A DNA stretch of 63,984 nt, counting the filler, from Nemertoderma westbladi (Eukaryota > Animalia > Xenacoelomorpha): assembly GCA_032718475.1 (NCBI GenBank). It is 3 parts of 3 records of this genome, joined end to end, with 100 filler letters (N's around TTAATTAATTAA, not from the genome) between each part and the next. Parts side by side here need not be neighbours in the genome. Positions count along the whole stretch, not along the records: positions 1 to 31,995 come from JAUCBJ010001673.1; 2 more parts are not named here. One strand, given 5' to 3'. Position numbers and translations under genes: made by a program. Below are positions 13,270-26,055 of this stretch, one piece after another. The stretch's first letter is position 1. Each line of letters starts with the position of its first letter. The notes beneath the pieces were generated by a model. The model was not told the origin of the DNA, did no database searches, and was given only the letters and a program-made list of their open reading frames with translations.

Positions 13270-14432
13270 ATTTTATTTGATTGGTGGTAGAAAGCGTCAT
13301 GTCATGTCTTAGTGATAGGGCTATATGGCACTTTTCTGGTCGTTCGCTCACCACTGAACCAATGGCTGCTGTGTGTACTCCAGAGGTCGTGAGGAAACTG
13401 GTTGGTTCTTTCCCTTGTGGCAGTGTAGGGAGGCCTGATGGGATGAGACCCCAGATTATCAAAGACCTGATTGATCCATCTACCAGAGAGGCAGGAAATC
13501 GTCTCGTAGGAGCACTGTGTAAGTTCTTGGACAATGGTGGAAAAAAAATTAAAAAAATGTTGGAAAACGGGCAGGATTTGACCAATTGCCATTGGAAACA
13601 CGCTGCGCCGCCTGAGTAGTAAATATGCCGGACACCTAATAAAGGATCAACGAGTACAATCTTATGGCGCGACCCAACTTGGTGTAGGAATCAAAAATGG
13701 TGCTGAAGCAGCCGCACACGCAACCAGGTCAATGACGACGATGCTGAACGACCACAACATGGTGTTGCTGAAGGTAGATTTTACGAATGCCTTCAACTCC
13801 CTCCGCCGAGATTCCATCCTGGAGACTGTCTCTGAGAGTTATCCTGTTAAATACAATTACACTGAATCGGCCTGTGGGAACTCCAGCGTATAAAGTCTGA
13901 GGAAGGTCTTCACCAGGGTGACCCAGAGGGGCCGAGTCTGTTAGGGGACACGATCAACCCCTTCATACAATCTCTTGAGTCGCCTTTCAATGTGTGGTTC
14001 CTTGATGATGGGAAAACCCCACAGTCGTCGTCCTGGAAGACCTGAAAACCATCATTTCCGAAGTGAAGAAGCGAGGGTTGGAGGTCAACCCGTCTAAGTG
14101 CGAACTGCTATTCCTTGGGCCTGTCACAAATGATGAAAGAATTTGTATCCAGGCTGAGTTCAATGCCGTTTGTACTGGGATTCAATTCCCAAAACCGAGA
14201 ACCTTGTAACAATCGAGCACCAATCGGGACAACAGCCATCCAAGACTGCCTCAATAGCAAGGTGAGTGACTTGGCTACACTCAGAAGTCGCCTTCATCTT
14301 ATGGACAGCCACCACGCTTTCTTTCTTTCCTTCGCTATTCCCAGGTTATTATACTTCCTCCGAACGGCCCCGTGTTTTACCTTCTCTAAACTCCTATCGA
14401 GCTATGATGACTCACTGTGTAGCTATTGTTGT
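13270..14432 (+). mobile_element. CRE-like non-LTR retrotransposon, RT half (degenerate)
   Basis: SFPCGSVGRPDGMRPQIIKD; QLGVGIKNGAEAAAH; KVDFTNAFNS; QGDP; WFLDDG; FAIPRLLYFLRTAP. Confidence 0.85.
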
Positions 14433-14437
14433 AGCTA

Positions 14438-15628
14438 TGTATGCGCTTTTGAAGACCTTTAGCAGTTTAACCTGCCAAAATTTATATGTCTTTTGGTTTA
14501 TAAATAGACTTTAGAAATTGACAAATATTTAATACCAATAAACACAACATTAGCAGAAGCCAGCCTAGTGCGCGTCCATTCACCCGCTGGATATACCCGG
14601 GAGACTGGATTCTGAGGGCTTAGATTATTATTGCAGTGTAAGCTTACTGTATTATTCGATTGATCGTTAATAAATAATTTCTGACTAATATTATTCACTT
14701 TCGGGAAATATTAACAGTTCCTTTAGGACGTGGCGCTCTATCTAGGTAAACAGAGATATGACTTGTACTAAACACAACGGTAAGTCGGTAAGGCTTATGA
14801 TTCACGTATGAGGCGCATTCTTTAGGAAATGCTTAGTTATCAGTCACAATCATGCACACTACCGGTAACACACAATACTGCTCACTAATTTGCCGACCGT
14901 CAATGAATTTTATCATATATAAAGAGAACAGCAACTGACTCATGTAGTGCTTATCAAATAGCATTAAATTCACTACAAACCACAATAATATAAGTCGCAA
15001 TCGCTATATGTAACCTGTCTCTCTAACCTGTAGTGTATCAAGAAAATTGGGAAATTTGGGTTCTTTATAAATGTTCTCCAAATAATATTCAACCAACTGA
15101 TACAAAATATGACAACAGTAAAAAGCATTAAGACGGTAGGTTAAGATATGATATGACAAGTGATTGTTATGTTATGGACCGTTATGACTGATAACAGTTA
15201 TACGCTCTATAATCTAAGCCTACTAATGTTTCTTCTAAAGTCTGAAACGAATTGACTCTAGAGCCGGTGTTCCTGGCCTAGATAGAAACAACACAACAGT
15301 ATCAAGAAAAACAGTAAGACTGAACACTCCTAGCACGATCTGCCAAATATCTCCACATCGACAGAAAAAATCGCTCTGATTGGCTGTTAAGCTAAACAAA
15401 GAACCATGTGTCCAATGGCCGTTTCCATGTCAGCAACCAGCTGTTAGATGTCGTAATCTGAATCATCAAGGCTAAGCTGTGCCAGGGTATTTGACGCATT
15501 GCGGGTTTTTTGCCTTACCATGTCCGCCAAAGCACACATACAGAAGAATGACTTTTATGTCCGTTAAAACACCTATAACGGTACTTTGTGGACGAGGGGG
15601 ACTGATTCTATCCGCAAAAGCTTTTACA
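14438..15628 (-). repeat. 3' LTR of the BEL element
   Basis: Near-identical to 24864-26050. Confidence 0.95.
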
Positions 15629-15706
15629 CCGCTCCCAGAAAATGGGATTCAAGTTTATAAATATACAAAAATCACAGTTTCTAATATATGTAAATACTCT
15701 AAACAG

Positions 15707-17096
15707 TTAGCCTTTCTTGCGCGGACGGCGTTTACGCAGTTTTTTAAAACTGGCCAGAGTCCTTTTCTCTTTGGGGCGAGCCACCTTACAAGGAGGGCTA
15801 TAACTCCTGGGTGAAGTGCCGGGTTGATTGACATCAACGTCGGGGGAGCGGGGTCTAACGGCTTTGAGAGCGCGTTTTAAGACAGCCGCTCTTACGGGTC
15901 CTTTACGAGTGGTCTGAACGAGAGCCGTGGGTGGACCATAGGCAGTTAGAAACCTCCGGGGTTTAATGGTTCTTTCCAACTCGCGTTCGCGGGCTCGGTA
16001 TTCGTAAGGCCGTCGATATACTTCCTGTAACTCGGGGTGTGAGTTAACAAATAAGTCTCCATAGTCCGGATCCTGACGGATATAATTGATTAAGTTATAG
16101 GAATGAAGGTCGCTAGGATTAACACTCCTGAGAAATTTGCGTACGAACTTGGTTGAAATACATTCTCCGACGCGCTTCAGTAGTTCGTAACTCGATATGC
16201 GTGATTTCTGTTCGACAGAAGCGAATAGATAAGGATGGAACGCATAAACTCCTTCGTAAGCGCGTCCAGGATAATAGCGATGGCGCGAATCACAATGTAA
16301 ATCAGCGTTCGCTTCCCATGCTCTGATGTAACGTAGTATGATCATTTCATCTACGCTTTCCAAATCGTGATTAAAAGGGCAATCGAAACTGGCGTGTCCC
16401 TTTAGTTGACAATGGTGACATTGAGTCATAAATTGAGGGCAAACCGCAAAAAATGTGCAAGTTATTGAGTCTGCAATACGCACAATAAATTTCCATCACC
16501 GGTTGTTCGTGGAAATAGGAACAGCGGACGTTTGTGTCCATGGGCGTAACATGGTCTCTCGATGCGCATAACCGACAACGTTGCCGAGAAACATAGTTGG
16601 CATGGCGATAATTGTACGCAGTGAGACACTGTGGACCTTGATACCATTCTAGGATGTAATCGTTGTCGCTGTTCCGGGCGCGATAGGCTGAATCTCCTCA
16701 GATTCTAGGCATATTGGTTCGTCTTCCCAGTCTGTTACGAATAGAATTTTCGTGATCTATTCTCGGTTTATCGTTACGACTCTGCTGGGTATGATATTTA
16801 AATAGAACCATTTCCCTTTCGGTGTCTACATCGTCCGTATCATGTAAATCGATAGGATGGCCGGTAGTTAGGAAGTCCATATACGTACTATTACGATGCG
16901 TATAGCAAGCGGTGAATTTTCGATAGTCCAATTCACGCGTAAGTTGCTCTTGGGACATCGGCGGTTCGATATAACGACCATCGTCCTCCGTAATGGTTGG
17001 ATCGGTTTCACCGCGTATCAAGCTATCCACAAATGCTTGTAAAGGTAGAGTATATCGCTCCCTGATACCAAGATCATCTTCTATCAACTCCGTCAT
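15707..17096 (-). pseudogene. Extra ORF in the env position: acidic N-terminus, three zinc knuckles, basic tail (~460 aa reconstructed)
   Basis: ORF 17096-16698 continues in frame past one TGA into CRLCASRDHVTPMDTNVRC and CAYCRLNNLH; removing one T of the T6 run (16448-16453) joins it to CHHCQLKGHASFDC and KKLRKRRPRKKG. Confidence 0.7.
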
Positions 17097-18720
17097 ATCT
17101 GCTATCTGAGTTTATTAATATCGAAATGAGTTTATGTTTAGGCGAGCGGACGTCGCTGCCTACCTCTCTTTGCCCCCGGACAGTGGGATTCTCAGCGCCG
17201 ATGTACCGTCGTCGCGGTGTTTACGCCAACATGTAGCAACAGCACGACAACGATAACCGGCACAAGTCACTCCACTGTCCGTCCCAAAGGCTTGAATCCA
17301 CTTTAGGTTCTTTCTATAGGAGAGTTGGGCTACTTTTACAATTGCGACTAGCTACTGTAAACATACTTTAGCAGTAACATTCACCTATAAACGCACAAAT
17401 TCCACACAACTGTCACCAATTGTACACATACAGGCCATTTGTCCGTTAGTCAGTGCCTTCCAGAATGTCACGTTATTACTGTGTATCTTTGGATACTAAC
17501 AGTGTGCTATGTATTCTCTATGCTATGCAATGTGACAAGCTTTCTATTGTTCCTTTAACTTGCTTCTAATTCTAGCGTGGGTGTTGCTATGGTGACATTA
17601 TGGAAAGCTAGCGGTAGAATTAGGGTAATTCTCATGCATACAGATCTGGAATGCTATTTAATAGTAATTCTTTAATTGTCAATATCCTCTTTATACATGA
17701 TTTTATTAATTTTATCGGCTATTGACTATATATTGGAGATTCTCGCACTCTAATACACTCAATAGGATGAATCTCCGCTCCCATGATCTATTAATTAATG
17801 GAATTTTGGGAATGTTATAAATTGCACAAAATGACAATTTATGAAATTCATTTAAAATATGAATTTAAATTTATTCCCGTGAATTTTATTATTTGATAGT
17901 ACAATTGACACAATTTGATTCCAGAGTAGGTCTGGGGACATAGGATCCTTAATTCTATGAAAATTGTCTTTTAAGAGTATCTGTAAGTGCTACGATATCT
18001 TAATTGACTAGAAATTTTAAAGGATCTGAATTTTACATATTTTAATAAATATTAAGTTAATATTTAAGATAGGCACCTATTTATTCCAGAACTTGTCTGG
18101 GGACGTTAACCACTGATTCTAGAATTTGTCTTTCAAATATATCGGTGGGTGCCGCGATATCTTAATCGACTAGAATTACAGATGGTCAAAAGGTTTAACA
18201 GATTTATTTGCGTTTTACGCTACTGTTATAGGGACATCACGCTACTATATGTATTATTATATATGGTATGAGAGCAATATCGCACGAAGCAATGTCAGTG
18301 TGAAGAGGCAAGTCGTTTCCAAGGTCTACCCAGAGCTTGGTTTAGCCGAGACACGAGGATCTGAACTTTGCATTCCTAATACTCTGCCTACCAATAATAC
18401 TTAAGTATAATAGGAGCTTTATTGTACTTTAATAAGTACGGACATTTCATCTTACTGTAGTCACGTATTTATAATATGATACGGAGGAAAGAGAAAAAAT
18501 AATTATTTCTCGCCGTCGCACTAAATAGATTATAATAAGTAATTACGTACGTAATAAACACTAATATATTGCACTAATCTACTAAATAATCACTAAAATA
18601 ACATTCTACTAAATAAAATTAAAGGAAACGATTATAATAAAATTACATAATAATACATACATAAATATAAAATAAAAACAAATATAAAATGATATAGTCA
18701 CACGCCCACTCCACATGCTA

Positions 18721-19113
18721 TCATGTTATGGAGTCCCTAGATATTTGTCGGATTAGGGAAGTGGTCGTAGGAAGAGTATCTTGCCTTCCATAGTTTCCGG
18801 ACAGTTTTCGGTCTCTTTCCAGTAAACATAAACGACTAGCTGGGCGATTGAGTTGTTGTGTTACTTTCTCCGCTCCCTTGGCCTGTCTAATCTCCGCCGT
18901 GGTAAGATGAGGAGGCCATTCTTCTTCTTCTTTACTTAAGAAGTCGGATCCACCTAACCAGCTTGGAGTATCTATCAGTTCTTGAGGAGTTGCTCCTCTG
19001 GAAGCGATGTCGGCTGGATTAATCGTCCCAAGGTAATGTCTCCATTGATCTACATTGGAGTTAATATCGTCATTATCTGAGGAGTATGTTGTTCCCTCAG
19101 TTGGATCGTCCAC
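18721..19113 (-). pseudogene. Fused pol remnants: end of Pao RNase H plus integrase C-terminal tail
   Basis: QWRHYLGTINPADIASRG..WLGGSDFL joined almost directly to RPASRLCLL; no RT or integrase core. Confidence 0.8.
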
Positions 19114-19122
19114 ATCACTGCT

Positions 19123-22100
19123 CTACACTTCCCATTCCTTTACTTGGTATACCTGTTGTTGAGGTAATCTCTCTTTGAGAGTTCTACGGGAAGGGCCAGT
19201 GAAGTACCAACCTACTCTAGTTCTTACCGCATAGGTTTGTAGTGGCTGCGGTTGAGCAGGCCGTTTCTCCAATGTCTCGAGCGCCTCATGCGCGTTTTGG
19301 CCGATGAGTATTTGCACTCCAGGATAATCTGTCTGGAATCGAGGTATCTTAAGCTGTTGGATGCTCTCATCCTCGTCCCAGTTATAAGGTTCTACTTGGG
19401 TAGTAGCAAAGTTCTTTATAGCCACCATTTTTACTGACCTTATACTTTGTGCTCCTAATTTATCCTGGGGGGTGGACAACGCACCTACATAGTAATCTGC
19501 CGTTATGGTAGATTTCCAAACCTGCATAATTCCGGACATATTCAACTTAGTTTGGAATTTGGGTTGTCCAGCAAAGATATCTTCGGCTAGTTCTTGATCG
19601 ATGAATGTTCCTGTGCTGCCGGAGTCAAGGAGGGCGTTCACTATGTAACTTTTGGTAGGACCGTGAACTCTTACCTGTACTACAGGAAATTCTCTGATTC
19701 CTACGTTGGAAGTTGGAGCTTTCCAAGATGGTTGTCTGTCAAAGGTAGTTGGGGGGAACTCATTGTTGGTGTCCTTTTCGTAAGTAAGTGCTCGATACAC
19801 CGCGGTATTGATTAGGTAACAGGATTCGTTGGCGTCGGAGAATTCGTCATTATAGAATCCTTCCATCTCAGACTCTTGATCAGTGTCATTTACATCACTG
19901 AATTGGACATGTAGTTCGGGCTCACTTACCTGACTCGGGTTGTTTCGTTCGAATTCACTGTGTAACAAGATGTGATGTTTCGCACCGCACTTTGCACACC
20001 TTACGTCGGAGTAACAGGTTCGCCGTTGGTGTCCTTGTCTGAGGCAATTATAGCATAACCGCTTATCCCACATGACTTCACGTCTGTCTACCAGGGATTT
20101 CTTTAGGAATTCAGTACACACACTCAAACGGTGGGGCCCGTCGCACAGCGCACATTTTGGTTTGATGTTACTCACTTTACCTTGGGTAACGTTATGCACT
20201 CTCGTTCTTTCTTCGGGCTTTCTTCCGTGAATTCTCTTAGGAGACGTAGGAGGAGTTGTTGTTACCTGTTCTCTCCTGTCACTGGTTCGAGACTTATATT
20301 TACTTACGTCTTTATAGGTCTTGTTGTCATAGTAAGATTTTGCTGTGTCTTTCCCGCTGTCCTCTTCTTGAGAAGCTTGGCTTTCGCCGTCGTCAGTATA
20401 ACACACTGGTATTATCCTTCTCCTAGAAACGGGTTTCTCACTTACCTTATTTTCCGATGTTTTCTCTCTGGACTGCTTTATGAGTTGTAATTTTACTTCA
20501 CTATCTAAGAAGGACATGATATCAGCCATGGTAGGGCTTCGTCGTTGCTGCTCATTCATATACAACACTTTCTTGTCCCAGCGTGTACATACTCCACCCT
20601 TTGGTAAAGTAGAGACTACTGCTCCAATAACCATGAAACTCTGATATTCATGAGACTTACCTAACCAGTCCAATTGTCTACAGATCTCCTGAATCTCATC
20701 GGAAAACTCTATAATCCCGCTACTAAGGAAGTTTCTGGGGGCTACTAATTTTGCATACAAATACTTAGCTATGTTATCCTTGTTACCATACCTGATGTTT
20801 AATGTATCCCAAACTTGTCTTAATCCTTCTGGATGTCCAATAAACTTTAACGCCATTAACTTGGGAGGTCCTTCCAAGCACTTGATGAGGAATCTAAGTT
20901 TCTCTCCGTTAGATAGTACAGAGTTCTGTATGCTATCTTTGTAATATTCATTGAAAGGTAACCATTTCATCTCATCTCCATTGAATTTGACGATCTCTCC
21001 CACTTTGACCGCTTGGCGGGCTTCTGTTCTAGCCATCTGATGCGTAAAGCTTTCTTGGGCCATTGTGTTATTTAATATCGAATTATCGGTATATAAATTT
21101 CTCGGATCATTATCGGGTCTATAGGGAATATCATTAACAACAGGTTTATAATCACCCTTAATAGGGTTTGCTATAGGAGTTTCTACTTCACTAGCAGTAT
21201 AGATGCGTGTAGGCTCCACACCTTGCGCATGTAATACTTCAGACCTAACAGGTTGACACAATGTTACTGGGGGTATTGGTATACCCTTTTGTATATTGAC
21301 TAATTTGTCGCGTTCCAGCGCGATACTTTGCTGCACTTCTTGCAATTCTGCCCTACCTTCCCTTACTGTTCCCTTAAGTTGGTAGACAGTCTCGTGCATC
21401 TGTCCGAGCAGGAGATTCATCCCCCGCCGTCCCTCCTCTACCCACTCGACCGCCGAAGCGGGAGTCGCCAACATTGTAGCGGGCTGACGTGGGACGACGG
21501 GAGACAAATCTTTGATTTCTCTCTCAGCTTCCAGGACAGGGATATTCTCATGGACTGTTCTACCGGGTACAGGCAGTGTAGTACTGTATAAAGGGAATTT
21601 AGAGTTAAGCTCTGGAAGTACAGGGGTCTCTAGCACAGGAGTGGCTTTGGGAACGACAGGCCCAATTATTTCAGGCTCATCAACTATTGTAGGGAGTCCT
21701 TTGACCTGAATAATTTGTTCTGTGGGTTCTGTACTACCTAAGTCTGTGCTAGCTAGTTGTCTTCTAACCGCTGGGGGCAAATCAGGCAATTTGTGACGGT
21801 GAGATGTTTTTCTACGCCTGCTTAGACGAGATCTATTTCCTCCGCCTTCAGGATCGGTGGTTTCGCTTTCCTCCGATGATGTGTATCCTTGGCGTTTGGG
21901 AGTAGATCTTCTCATCATCTGCATGTGACTAGCAGTTAACTGTTTATTTATGTTGTCTTGCGTCTCTTGCAGATATTCCAACTCCAGTTGGGTAGTCTCC
22001 TCAGACGCTCTCCGTTCTGCTTCTGCCACTGCCTTTGCTGCCTTTCTTTCCACTTCTGCTTCTGCCATTGCCGCTGCCGCTTTTGCCTCTTCCACTTCGC

Positions 22101-22904
22101 TTCTGCCGCTGCCTTTGCTGCTTCTGCTTCTGCCGCCGTTACTGCTGCTGCCTTTCGGTCCTCTATCCGTTTTTTCTTTACTTGTTCTTCTTGGACTCTA
22201 ACGAGGCGGAGTTTTTCATCAAATTTAGCTTGGTTTGCAGCTAACATTTCCGCATCGATTGCGTCCAACACAAGCTTGGTTCCTTCACTATTAGGGCGAA
22301 GTCCAGACAGTCGTCTCCTCAACTCTTCGTCTCCTATGAATCGCTGATAGTCTGACAGATAGATGTCAATGGCGTCTCTAGTTCGCGGCTTCTCTGCTGC
22401 TGTTAATTCGCTTTCCACTTCGCTTTCCACTTCGCTTTCCACTTCGCTTTCCACCTCGCTTTCCACCTCGCTTTCCACCTCGCTTTCCACTTGAGAAGAA
22501 GTGGCGTCGGTTGATTCTTCATAGGTTGGCCGCTCATCATAAACCGTATCCGCCATCTTCGCTCCGCGTTCGGGCGTCCGCTCAACAGTATCCGAACTAC
22601 TGGAGCTATCGGGCCGCTGAGAACTAGGTTCTTGGCTAGGAGGTTGCTGCTGTTTTATAGCTTCTTCTTGATCCCGCTTGACTTGGGCCCGAGTGCCTAT
22701 GGCAGACCAACGGCGCTTCACTAACTTCGCAAATTGCGAAATCTTTTCTACCAACCTAGGTTCTGTCACAACCACTGCAGGGGTTGCCCTTCTTACAGTA
22801 TGAGGGGTTTCAGACCTCGGTCTGGGATTCTCTACACTTTGATCTGAGAAACAGGCTGTTGTTTCTAGGAGACTATCTGACAGAGTTTGCCTTGTGTCAG
22901 CCAT
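19123..22904 (-). CDS. BEL/Pao Gag-protease, with one frameshift near 22100
   Basis: DUF1759-like KFNGDEMKWLPF..EKLRFL; knuckles CALCDGPHRLSVC, CYNCLRQGHQRRTC, CAKCGAKHHILLH; protease ALLDSGSTGTFI; ILIGQN, RTRVGWYFTGP. Confidence 0.92.
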
Positions 22905-23974
22905 GTTTGATTGTACAGTTGAATGCCTACTGCTATATTACAGTTAAAGCAAGTCTAGTAATTCAGTATCACTGTTAGCCTCACAATTAATTACCGATAC
23001 TGCTACTCAGTGTAGCGTGATATATATAATATATTAGAATACCGGTATGCTTATAGTAGATACATAAGTATTATTACAGACTAGATTTGTCACAGAATAC
23101 AGGTATATAATTTTGGCACAAATATATATAAATATATAATAGGCCTATCGTGAATACCGGAATGCAGCTTACACTTATAGTATATAAGTATAATTCTGGA
23201 CTAGAATTAATTACAGAGTAACGGTATGATTTCAGCCTAAATTTATAGAATAAATATAATAAGCCTATTGTAAATACCGGTATGTCAATTATTTTAAAAT
23301 AATTGAATTTCTGAATGTTAGGGGTTACTTGGTTACTTTACTTACTTTATTACCGCTATTTAGTTGATTTTAGGGTAATTTTACAGGAAGTCTACAAACC
23401 AGCCTAACAAAGGGTTAGAATTCTGGTTATTACGACGGACAGGGTACTACGGTATTTGAAATAATAAGTAGTAGTAAATACACTGTGTTGTCCAGATAGG
23501 AAAATACCACCGCCTGACGACCTATAGCCGTATCGCTGTAGGTACTATGTTATGTATCACGGAGTGTTCCTACCTGGAAGTTAATTACCGCGGACTACCA
23601 GATCCAACGTGCCTATTAACCACTTTACAACACAAATATACTGCCTACACACTAATTACCTTTGGAAAGCAATGTACACTAAACCCTAAATTAGGTACAA
23701 ATACTGGTACAACAAATAATCAGTAGTTAAATATACTTGAACAGTTAAAATAACCACGGCATCTGCTGGAGTGACCGGTGCACAAAATCACCAGTCTTTA
23801 CCTACGCCAAGCAGTCCGTGTAGTACCGGGGTTAATTTAACTATAACGGTATGTGTAACAAACACAATTACTGTAGGAATAAACTTGGGGACATGAATGT
23901 TGCGAATAATCGCATAAACTCTGAATAATAAATATTACGCTACCCGTACAGAATACTCAAACAAAATACAAACC

Positions 23975-24432
23975 AAACGCTGGCAGACTACCACCAAGCC
24001 TAAATAAACTACAGTATGTGCAGATTCCAAAATGGTTAGTTAGTATGCGTTCTAACACGGTAGTACGACTTATTCTTTAAGAGGGGATTGACCTTACAGC
24101 TCTGGCTGCCCCAACTTACTAACTGGCACTTTATCAGACAAACTCTACACACGCAGCAATCTCTTCAGACCTAATAATAGCTAGACAACAATCCAGCCTA
24201 CAAAATATCTGAGTAATAACTATTACGGTACCTGAACAGACCACACAAACAAACACAGGCCAAAACGCTGGCAGAATACTGTCAAGCCTAAATAAACTAC
24301 AGTATGTGCAGATTCCAAAATGGTTAGTTAGTATGCGTTCTAACACGGTAGTACGACTTATTCTTTAAGAGGGGATTGACCTTACAGCTCTGGCTGCCCC
24401 AACTTACTAACTGGCACTTTATCGGACAGACT
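23975..24432. repeat. Direct duplication (~165 bp near-identical, period ~287 bp) in the BEL 5' UTR
   Basis: caagcctaaataaactacagtatgtgcag...ggcactttatc occurs at about 23995 and 24283. Confidence 0.9.
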
Positions 24433-24684
24433 CTACACACGCCGCAATTTCTCCAGACACAACAACAGTCCGACAACAGTCCGGCCTACAGTTATCTGAA
24501 CAATCTGAGCAGACTTACACGTCTTCAGCTCAATATTAACTTACTAGGAAATAAAACTGACAGAAATAGACCTAAGTAAAATCCCAATAAAAACCAGGCG
24601 TCCCCGATTTAATATCGAGACCTACCGGTATACAATAATCAAAATCTAATATTACGAATGTACTTATACTGGAAGTACCGGTTA

Positions 24685-24800
24685 GGACAGTTGGGCCTAC
24701 GGATCTACAGCAGTACCGGTTCTGGCAGTTGGGCCTACGGACCTACAGCAGTACTGGTTCTGGCAGTTGGACCTACGGACCTACAGCAGTACCGGTTCAG
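24685..24800. repeat. Three ~37-bp tandem repeats just inside the 5' LTR
   Basis: cagttgggcctacggacctacagcagtaccggttctgg x3. Confidence 0.9.
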
Positions 24801-24863
24801 GTTTACCGGTCAACCGGTACTTTCAACTTTATTGCTTACTGCAATAAAGACAATAACTGTTAT

Positions 24864-26050
24864 TGTACGCGCTTTTGAAGACCTTTAGCAGTTTAACCTG
24901 CCAAAATTTATATGTCTTTTGGTTTATAAATAGACTTTAGAAATTGACAAATATTTAATACCAATAAACACAACATTAGCAGAAGCCAGCCTAGTGCGCG
25001 TCCATTCACCCGCTGGATATACCCGGGAGACTGGATTCTGAGGGCTTAGATTATTATTGCAGTGTAAGCTTACTGTATTATTCGATTGATCGTTAATAAA
25101 TAATTTCTGACTAATATTATTCACTTTCGGGAAATATTAACAGTTCCTTTAGGACGTGGCGCTCTATCTAGGTAAACAGAGATATGACTTGTACTAAACA
25201 CAATGGTAAGTCGGTAAGGCTTATGATTCACGTATGAGGCGCATTCTTTAGGAAATGCTTAGTTATCAGTCACAATCATGCACACTACCGGTAACACACA
25301 ATACTGCTCACTAATTTGCCGACCGTCAATGAATTTTATCATATATAAAGAGAACAGCAACTGACTCATGTAGTGCTTTTCAAATAGCATTAAATTCACT
25401 ACAAACCACAATAATATAAGTCGCAATCGCTATATGTAACCTGTCTATCTAACCTGTAGTGTATCAAGAAAATTGGGGAAATTTGGGTTCTTTATAAATG
25501 TTCTCCAAATAATATTCAACCAACTGATACAAAATATGACAACAGTAAAAAGCATTAAGACGGTAGGTTAAGATATGATATGACAAGTGATTGTTATGTT
25601 ATGGACCGTTATGACTGATAACAGTTATACGCTCTATAATCTAAGCCTACTAATGTTTCTTCTAAAGTCTGAAACGAATTGACTCTAGAGCCGGTGTTCC
25701 TGGCCTAGATAGAAACAACACAACAGTATCAAGAAAAACAGTAAGACTGAACACTCCTAGCACGATCTGCCAAATATCTCCACATCGACAGAAAAAATCG
25801 CTCTGATTGGCTGTTAAGCTAAACAAAGAACCATGTGTCCAATGGCCGTTTCCATGTCAGCAACCAGCTGTTAGATGTCGTAATCTGAATCATCAAGGCT
25901 GTGCCAGGGTATTTGACGCATTGCGGGTTTTTTGCCTTACCATGTCCGCCAAAGCACACATACAGAAGAATGACTTTTATGTCCGTTAAAACACCTATAA
26001 CGGTACTTTGCGGACGAGGGGGACTGATTCTATCCGCAAAAGCTTTTACA
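24864..26050 (-). repeat. 5' LTR of the BEL element
   Basis: tgtacgcg...ttttaca, near-identical to 14438-15628. Confidence 0.95.
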
Positions 26051-26055
26051 AGCTA

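Larger units (their letters stand above)
14438..26050 (-). mobile_element. BEL/Pao LTR retrotransposon, pol-deleted (non-autonomous), recent insertion
   Basis: Two ~1.19-kb TGTA...TACA LTRs with only a few differences; 5-bp TSD agcta at 14433-14437 and 26051-26055; BEL gag-pro; PPT-like gggagcgg next to the 3' LTR. Confidence 0.95.

Noticed and set aside
14498-14698. Duplicated 66-aa ORF (also 24924-25124)
   Set aside because: The identity follows from lying in the two LTRs, and it has no recognisable motif.
22085-22110. Programmed ribosomal frameshift in gag
   Set aside because: There is no slippery heptamer. A single missing G in an Ala/Glu repeat explains it as a mutation or sequencing error.
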